A stretch of 32,000 nt of DNA from the NCBI RefSeq assembly GCF_000009045.1, contig NC_000964.3, forward strand, positions 210,001 through 242,000, in the 5' to 3' direction. The DNA is from Bacillus subtilis subsp. subtilis str. 168. GTDB lineage: Bacteria; Bacillota; Bacilli; Bacillales; Bacillaceae. The position numbers and the translations under genes were made by a program. Shown here one piece after another: positions 25,929-32,000 of the stretch (position 1 is the first letter of the stretch; each line of letters starts with the position of its first letter). The notes beneath the pieces were generated by a model. It saw nothing but the letters and a program-made list of their open reading frames with translations, had not been told where the DNA came from and searched no databases.

Positions 25929-25964
25929 TGCTTTAGTCAACGATATTAGAAAGTGGGAATTGAT

Positions 25965-26882
25965 TTGAAAACAAGAGAATCATCTGTCGGGTTAAAATTC
26001 AGAAAGTTCAATCGATTTTATACAAACGTCCTTGGTTTCCTTAATGAGCACATTTACGACAGCCCGTTTTCCTTAACAGAAACACGGATTTTATTTGAGA
26101 TTTATAATACGCCTAATTGTACGGCAAAAGCTCTTCAGGATAAGCTGGGGCTTGACCGGGGATATGTCAGCAGGATTGTGAAGCAGTTTGAAAAAGAAGA
26201 TTTGATTTATAAACAGAGGAGCAAAGATGACGCCCGCCACCATTACATTTTTGTCACAGAAACAGGAAAAACGATTTATAAAAAGCTGGAGGAGAAAGCC
26301 AACGAACAAGTAGAACTGATGCTGAAGGTAATCAACCAAAAGGAGCAGCACAAGCTTGCCGAGGCGATGGCAGAGATTGAAGCGATCCTTTCACAGTCGC
26401 TTTCTGCCAGAGCATCAGAGATATCGATTAGAGATTATTTTCTTTCGGAGGATCTTCAACTCCTTATTGAGAAACAAAGACAATTTTACGCGGAGGCTCA
26501 CGGTTGGGATGACACGTTTTTAGCTTATCTTCAGGAGACATTTGACGCTGACATCGAAAAAATATGGATTGCGGAAAGCGGCGGGAAATTTGCCGGCTCT
26601 GTCGGGTTGGTCAAGCACGATGAAAAGACAGTCCAGCTCAGATGGTTTCTGGTTGATGCGGATTTTCGGGGCAGGGGGCTTGGCACGCAATTGCTGGAGC
26701 ATCTGGTTGCATACTGCCAAGACATGAAGTTTGACCGCATTTTCCTTTGGACGGTGAGCACGATGGCTGAGGCTCGTCCGCTCTATAAAAAATTTGGATT
26801 CAGGATAAGTGAAGTAAAACAAGAAGCGCCATTATGGGGACAGCAGCTGACAGAAGAACGGTGGGATTTGGAGCTGTCATGA
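25965..26882 (+). CDS. ybfA: MarR-type HTH domain fused to a GNAT acetyltransferase domain (305 aa from TTG)
   Basis: AAAGTGGGA SD-like sequence lies 6-7 nt upstream of TTG 25965; GTG 25953 is the ORF-track start. GNAT motif [13 protein letters not shown]. Confidence 0.85.
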
Positions 26883-28129
26883 AAAGACTGCATTATGCGT
26901 GGATCATCGTCTCCGTCACCTTTTTGATCTTATTGGCGGTTCAGGGGGTGCGGCTGTCGTTTGGTGCGTTTGTGGAGCCGTGGGAACGGCAGTTTTCAAT
27001 CGATAGAAGCACCATCTCGCTGATTTCGACGGTGAGTTTTATTGTTTATGGCATATCACAGCCTGTGATCGGTCGGCTTGTGGACAAATGGGGTGCCCGG
27101 GCTGTTTTGGCATGGAGTGCGTTACTGACAGGAGTCAGCATTTTCTTAACATACCTTGTGACTTCGCCTTGGCAGCTGTTTTTGCTTTACGGGCTGGGTG
27201 TCTCGCTTGGAGTGGGCGGAGCATCGAATGTGGCGGCAAGTGTATTGGTCGTCAATTGGTTCAGCAAAAAGCGGGGACTAGCCTTTGGGATCATGGAAGC
27301 AGGCTTTGGCGCGGGGCAAATGCTTCTCGTTCCCGGCTCACTCATGTTGATCCATTGGTTTAGCTGGAAGCTGACGGTTGTGGTGTTGGGACTGCTGTTA
27401 ATCGTGATTGTCTTTCCGGCTGCGCTGCTGATGCTGCGGAACAATCCTTCAGAAAAGAATACAGAGCCGATAGGCGGACTGGCTGCATCAGAAAAAGAAA
27501 CAGCACCCAAAACAACAGCTCTTTCAGTGGCCGGGATGTTTCGTATGAGGCAATTCTGGTTCTTGATTTTTCCGTTTTTGATCTGTGGATTTACGACCGT
27601 GGGGCTGATGGATACCCATTTGATTCCGTTTTCTCATGATCATGGCTTTTCAACGACAGTCACGAGTGCTGCTGTCAGTCTGCTAGCAGGCTTTAATATT
27701 GCTGGGATCTTGCTGTCCGGAATTGTAGCGGACCGGTGGAGCAGCCGGAAAATCCTGTGCATTTTATATGCGGTGCGGGCGCTGTCGATCGTGATTCTTA
27801 TTTACAGCCACGAGCCCTACTTGCTTTTAGCCTTTGCGATTCTGTTTGGATTAGTGGACTTTGCAACGGTAGCACCGACTCAAATGCTCGCCACCCAGTA
27901 CTTTCAAAACTACTCGATCGGCCTCATGATTGGCTGGCTGTCACTCGCCCATCAGATCGGATCGGCACTAGGTGCGTATGTGCCCGGCGTCATCTACACG
28001 GTAACGGGTGAGTATACACTGGCTTTTTATTTGTCGATTGGAATGCTCGTGCTTGCGAGCGTAATGAATGTGATGCTGAGGGAGCCAGCTGCGGTTACGC
28101 GTGACAGTGCGGCTGTGGTAGACAAGTGA
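26879..28129 (+). CDS. ybfB: MFS transporter (416 aa)
   Basis: ATG 26879 overlaps the ybfA stop (ATGA). The upstream extension in the ORF track lies in a different frame inside ybfA. Confidence 0.88.
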
Positions 28130-28142
28130 TGAGGACAAAGGG

Positions 28143-28186
28143 AAAGCATCTCTGATTTCGAGATTATTCAGAGATGCTTTTTTTGT
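28143..28186 (+). terminator. terminator of ybfB; the hairpin also spans the ybfE stop
   Basis: aaagcatctctga (28143-28155) pairs with tcagagatgcttt (28168-28180), then T-run to 28186. Confidence 0.8.
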
Positions 28187-28448
28187 ATTTTTGTTCTAAT
28201 ACGAAGTCGATCATACCGACTATGCGGGCGTTTTCGGATTTTTGTTTGAAGCGTTCAGAAATTTGAACTTTTCTTGAAAATGGGGAAACAATAAAAACCC
28301 AAAAAAGGCCGATCAAGGCAAAAAACATTTGTACAGCTAATTCTATTAATTCATTAAAACGAGTGCTGAAAAAATAGAAGTATAACGTTATTAATGTCAC
28401 AGTACATACGATTTTGGCAAGTGTGTTTGAATGTAAGCAATGGTTCAC
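28164..28448 (-). CDS. ybfE: 94-aa two-TM ORF (GTG start); reads as the C-terminal remnant of a third, frameshifted YbfF-like module
   Basis: The C-terminus ARIVGMIDFVLEQKYKK parallels YbfF RMRGVIDFILTERYNKK. Upstream homology continues in other frames (see finding). Confidence 0.55.
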   Translation of the reverse strand: MNHCLHSNTLAKIVCTVTLITLYFYFFSTRFNELIELAVQMFFALIGLFWVFIVSPFSRKVQISERFKQKSENARIVGMIDFVLEQKYKKSISE

Positions 28449-28643
28449 TAAAGAATACCTTTAATTGATTCAGCATGATTGAATCATATTTGTTTAGGAA
28501 AATAAGAAGTTCTTTATCATCTTTTTTATGTTCTAAAATAAAGTTGCTGTTTCTGTTTCTTTATATGTATGGTGGTCTACATTCAATATATACATCTCTT
28601 AAAGTATAAAAATTGAGTATTTCTTAGTAAGGATGAAACAAAA

Positions 28644-29555
28644 TTACATGATTTTTTTGTTATATCTTTCAGTTAGAATAAAATCTATAACTCCTCTCAT
28701 TCGCAAATATTCGGCTCTCTGTGCAAAGTGCAGAACAGTATGTAATTGTCCTTTTCTAGATATATTTAAAAGCTTTATCAAATCAATAAGGATTTTCAAG
28801 AAAATAATTAATAATAGAAAGATAAAAATGTGTGGTATGTCAATGTAATTGATTTGTCCTGAAAATAAAGAAGTTGCATAGACAACAATAATACTTCCGC
28901 AAAACATCAAACTCATATAATGTGGAAGGGAAAATGGACGAGTTGAAAAATATGCTTTTAATTGGCTTAGCATAGCATTATCTCTTGTATCTAAGTAGCC
29001 CAAAAGCTCTTTATCATTTTTACTAATTGTAAGAACATGATTCAATACAGCACTAAAATTCATTGAATCTTCATTATCAGAGGCAGTATGTTTATTAGCC
29101 TGTATGTTTTGTTGATCCATTTTATATTTTTTATAAAGTATTGTATTAATTAACTTGTTTTTCTCATAGAATTCAGATCGTTGATTAAGGGATGCTTTTC
29201 CTTTGTTTTTATTTCCTTTTTTTATGATTTTAGTATAAGTCATAAAAATACAAATGACTGTAAAAATAGAAAACACTGCAGGTGAAATATCTGAAAGAAT
29301 AGTATTGGTGAAGACTTCTTTTGCTTGGATGAAAAGGAAAGAAGCTAAAGTCATAGATATAAACATGCATAAAACTGCTACTTTCACAAGAAACTGAAGC
29401 GGAAGAGAAGGTTCCGAATAATAGTGCTTCAACTGGTTGAGTGTCAGAGAATCTTGGCGAAAAAGATAATCTATTATCTCCTGCTGATTTTGCATCTGAT
29501 TGATATCATGAGCGATGTTTTTTGTTTTTTCAAAAACTATTTGATCATTTTTCAT
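28644..29555 (-). CDS. ybfF: four-TM membrane protein made of two tandem homologous modules (303 aa)
   Basis: GGAGG lies 9 nt upstream of the ATG at 29555; the ORF-track start at 29663 would overlap ybfG and its terminator. Internal repeat visible by eye. Confidence 0.85.
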   Translation of the reverse strand: MKNDQIVFEKTKNIAHDINQMQNQQEIIDYLFRQDSLTLNQLKHYYSEPSLPLQFLVKVAVLCMFISMTLASFLFIQAKEVFTNTILSDISPAVFSIFTVICIFMTYTKIIKKGNKNKGKASLNQRSEFYEKNKLINTILYKKYKMDQQNIQANKHTASDNEDSMNFSAVLNHVLTISKNDKELLGYLDTRDNAMLSQLKAYFSTRPFSLPHYMSLMFCGSIIVVYATSLFSGQINYIDIPHIFIFLLLIIFLKILIDLIKLLNISRKGQLHTVLHFAQRAEYLRMRGVIDFILTERYNKKIM

Positions 29556-29579
29556 TTTTGATAAACCTCCAAAAGACGA

Positions 29580-29620
29580 TAGATAAACTAAAAAAACTGC
29601 ATGAGCATATTTTAACTTAT
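29580..29620 (-). terminator. rho-independent terminator after ybfG
   Basis: ctgcatgagcat (29587-29598) pairs with atgttcatgcag (29609-29620), 11 of 12 positions. T-run on the minus strand (plus-strand A-run 29580-29586). Confidence 0.75.
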
Positions 29621-29643
29621 GTTCATGCAGTTTTGTATTAAAG

Positions 29644-31842
29644 TTAGCTAGTATAATAAGCAAAAATGGCCAGTAACATAGCAGATAATGCGGTAGCGAC
29701 TTTGACTCCTTTATTGTTCGTTAAATCACTGCCCATATTCCCAATTAGTAAAAGTGCAGCAACACCTACAACAGGGAATAAATATTGATCATAAGACGGC
29801 CAATCTAACGCTAATTCACTCTCGGGAGACGTAACTGGTACTCCCTTGTACGTCTTTATTTTAAACGTAATCGTAGTCGTTAGTCCAGTTGTGACATTGT
29901 CACCGACTGGAATATCAGGTGTATAGATTTTAATTTGAATGTTTAAAGATTCAGCTGTTGGATTTACATAAACCTCCAAATAACCGTTGCGTACTGATAA
30001 GCTCAGACTATTTAAAAGGTTTTGATAAGAGTCGATTTGTGACGCAGTGAGAGACGTTTGAGTGTCGCCCAATAAACCCGTGATATAGGCACCTGGTTTA
30101 CCATTTGTAATGGTAATTGTGTTTGGTGAACCTTCACTTGGTATGGTTGCCAGAAGTGAAGTTGATAGAATAATATCCAACTCAGGTGATGTGAAAATGG
30201 TTTCTGTCGTATCAAATTCAAACATCGCGTTTGCCAGACTTGTTAGATTTTCTAAAGCTGGAATGGTAGATAAAATGTCTGTCAGTGTACGCAGTCTTGC
30301 ATCATATACCGGATCAGACGGCGGATTTACATTGCTTGCACCTGAGTCTCTTCCTGAATACCCGTCTTTATCAATCCCGATGCTTCCAGAGCCGCTTCCG
30401 ATGGTTCCTTCATAAAATTGATCAAAGGCCCAGTTGTTTGGCATCGGATAGCCGAGATTGCCGCTAAATCCTGTTGACATATTTGCCACAAAACTATACT
30501 TTGTCAGTCCTGCTTCAGATGTACGGATACAAATGTTTCTTGGTCCGTAAACCCCTATTTCATACTTAGGTGCGGTTGAAAATGTCTGCATTTTTGTAAA
30601 TGCTGACTTAATCTCTTGGAAATAAGGAATGATTTTATCGGTCACTTCATAATCGTATGCATCAAAATCGACAGCGAAATAAATGGTCGTGCCTGACGGA
30701 AAACCTAATCTTCTAGCAGCAGAAGCGGCACTATATGCATCTCTTGTGCCTTGGTCTTTGACAAAATAAGAAGATTCATAGCCGCCGTCTTGATAAATTG
30801 GGAAAACCTTCAATCCGGCATCAAGAATAACTGCAAGCTCTTTAGATGTCAGGGCTTTAGATGTGAGGCCGCTGCTTGTCCGCACATTTCCGGTCAAATA
30901 TCTGCCAACCGTTTTATAACCGTTATTCCGCAGTGTTTGAGCTTTTTCTGCGGTTATAATTGTAGCAGTGTCACAAGCAGAAGCGGTGCGAGTTGTGTCT
31001 CCTGAGCTTGATAATAAAGCTTTAATGGTTGGCATATCTGCATAACCTGTTTGCGGCAGGCACATGAACTCTTGAAATGCTTTAACAGCTGAAACAACAC
31101 CCACACCATATTTGCCGTCAAACTCACCAGGATCGAACGATTTTCCGTTACAATAGAGGGCGTACTGAACAATTAAGACAAATCCTGTTCTTGAATCGCC
31201 GGGAGTTAAAGTAGGGCACAAACTTGTGGTGCCGTTTCCGAAAAATCCATTGGCAACACTTGTGCTCATGCCTTCTTCTTTTTGCAGGGCATAAATAAGA
31301 GCTTTATTTGTATCGCGGCCATACAGTCCGTCACAAGGCATTAACCCGATATAGTCATTGTAGTCTCGATTTAAGTTTTGTTGAATCTGGCGAATTCTTG
31401 AATCACCCCCAGACACCAGCTTAAAAGCGCTCATGTCTAATAAGGCTTTCATAATTAACGTGGTGACAATCCCATCCTGTGTTGTCAGTCCGGCAGCTTT
31501 TTGAAATTCTTTTACCGCATTTTCTGTTTTTTCGTAAAAGACGCCTGTAAAACCGCCGGGATTAAAGCCTTTACACCATAAAGCCCCTTGTAAAATAAAA
31601 TTCATGTTGCTTGGTTTTGAATCTGGAGCTTGGCGTTTAAGAGGCTTAAATAAGCGCTGTGTTGTCGGCCCGAAGTTATCGGCTGGCTCTGAGATACCCA
31701 ATTCAATTTGAAGCGCCCGAGTCAGACCGTAGATCGTATCCCACCCAGTTTTCCCGCTTTCTTCAACTGGGTTATACCCATGTTTGCCGCTGTACGTATC
31801 GTTCAGCCATTGCTGTGTGATTAAGACCATTTCATCAACCAT
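29644..31842 (-). CDS. ybfG: peptidoglycan-binding repeat protein with a DUF1906/Rv2525c-like glycoside-hydrolase-like domain and a C-terminal membrane anchor (732 aa)
   Basis: AAAGGAGG SD. PG_binding_1-like repeats (AVKEFQKAAGLTTQDG, DGKYGVGVVSAVKAFQEF). DUF1906-like core (IYFAVDFD...YEIGVYG). Two C-terminal hydrophobic helices. No N-terminal signal peptide. Confidence 0.9.
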   Translation of the reverse strand: MVDEMVLITQQWLNDTYSGKHGYNPVEESGKTGWDTIYGLTRALQIELGISEPADNFGPTTQRLFKPLKRQAPDSKPSNMNFILQGALWCKGFNPGGFTGVFYEKTENAVKEFQKAAGLTTQDGIVTTLIMKALLDMSAFKLVSGGDSRIRQIQQNLNRDYNDYIGLMPCDGLYGRDTNKALIYALQKEEGMSTSVANGFFGNGTTSLCPTLTPGDSRTGFVLIVQYALYCNGKSFDPGEFDGKYGVGVVSAVKAFQEFMCLPQTGYADMPTIKALLSSSGDTTRTASACDTATIITAEKAQTLRNNGYKTVGRYLTGNVRTSSGLTSKALTSKELAVILDAGLKVFPIYQDGGYESSYFVKDQGTRDAYSAASAARRLGFPSGTTIYFAVDFDAYDYEVTDKIIPYFQEIKSAFTKMQTFSTAPKYEIGVYGPRNICIRTSEAGLTKYSFVANMSTGFSGNLGYPMPNNWAFDQFYEGTIGSGSGSIGIDKDGYSGRDSGASNVNPPSDPVYDARLRTLTDILSTIPALENLTSLANAMFEFDTTETIFTSPELDIILSTSLLATIPSEGSPNTITITNGKPGAYITGLLGDTQTSLTASQIDSYQNLLNSLSLSVRNGYLEVYVNPTAESLNIQIKIYTPDIPVGDNVTTGLTTTITFKIKTYKGVPVTSPESELALDWPSYDQYLFPVVGVAALLLIGNMGSDLTNNKGVKVATALSAMLLAIFAYYTS

Positions 31843-31898
31843 TTCGATTCCTCCTTTGTTAGATTGCGTTCATTTATAGGTGGCAAACGTAGGACAAA

Positions 31899-31929
31899 AT
31901 AAAAAAATGGATGCCGTTAAGCATCCATT
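31899..31929 (-). terminator. rho-independent terminator of the upstream minus-strand gene
   Basis: aatggatgc (31906-31914) pairs with gcatccatt (31921-31929). T-run on the minus strand (plus-strand A-run 31901-31907). Confidence 0.75.
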
Positions 31930-32000
31930 TTACATCCGTTCTCCAACAGCTTCGCTTTCGGTTTCAGCTCTGAAATGTAGAGGCCTAAAAGTGTAAGCGC
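31917..32000 (-). CDS. 3' end of a minus-strand ORF entering from the right edge (tail ALTLLGLYISELKPKAKLLENGCKMDA); probably the EamA-type permease ybfH by synteny
   Basis: Frame is open from 32000 down to the TAA at 31919-31917, inside the terminator loop. The name is inferred from remembered gene order only. Confidence 0.4.
   Translation of the reverse strand, partial: ALTLLGLYISELKPKAKLLENGCKMDA

Noticed and set aside
28633-28848. 71-aa plus-strand ORF antisense to the ybfF 3' end
   Set aside because: Chance ORF in very AT-rich DNA. The minus strand carries the repeated-module homology.

Overview
The window reads as a Bacillus subtilis 168-type chromosomal segment. I recognised it from protein sequences and gene order from memory; no search was run. 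Gene order: 3' end of ybcF, ybcH, ybcI, ArsR-type regulator ybzH with MFS gene ybcL, a decayed glmS 3' remnant (ybcM), and the complete sporulation-killing-factor operon skfA-B-C-E-F-G-H. Then ybdG-ybdJ-ybdK (membrane hydrolase plus two-component system), a 64-aa Ser/Arg/Tyr-rich micro-ORF, prkD (ybdM), ybdN, ybdO, ybxG, csgA-ybxH, ybxI (class D beta-lactamase) and cypC (P450). Then ybyB, ybeC (aimA), glpQ-glpT with a GlpP-type leader terminator, ybeF, ybfA-ybfB, ybfE, ybfF, ybfG, and the tail of the next minus-strand gene. I saw no rRNA, tRNA, CRISPR array, transposase or integrase. The clearest system is the skf sactipeptide cannibalism cluster, which is already described. The less-explained structures I could read directly are: (1) a multiply frameshifted glmS remnant marking an old insertion or duplication boundary; (2) three copies of a 24-bp operator-like palindrome around ybzH/ybcL, with ybzH apparently leaderless; (3) a CotG-like Ser/Arg/Tyr/His-rich micro-protein convergent with the Hanks kinase PrkD; (4) ybfG, a signal-less peptidoglycan-binding glycosidase-like gene with a C-terminal membrane anchor, followed by three tandem copies of a two-TM module (two fused in ybfF, a third decayed by frameshifts into ybfE). 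All functional links for items 3 and 4 are inference.
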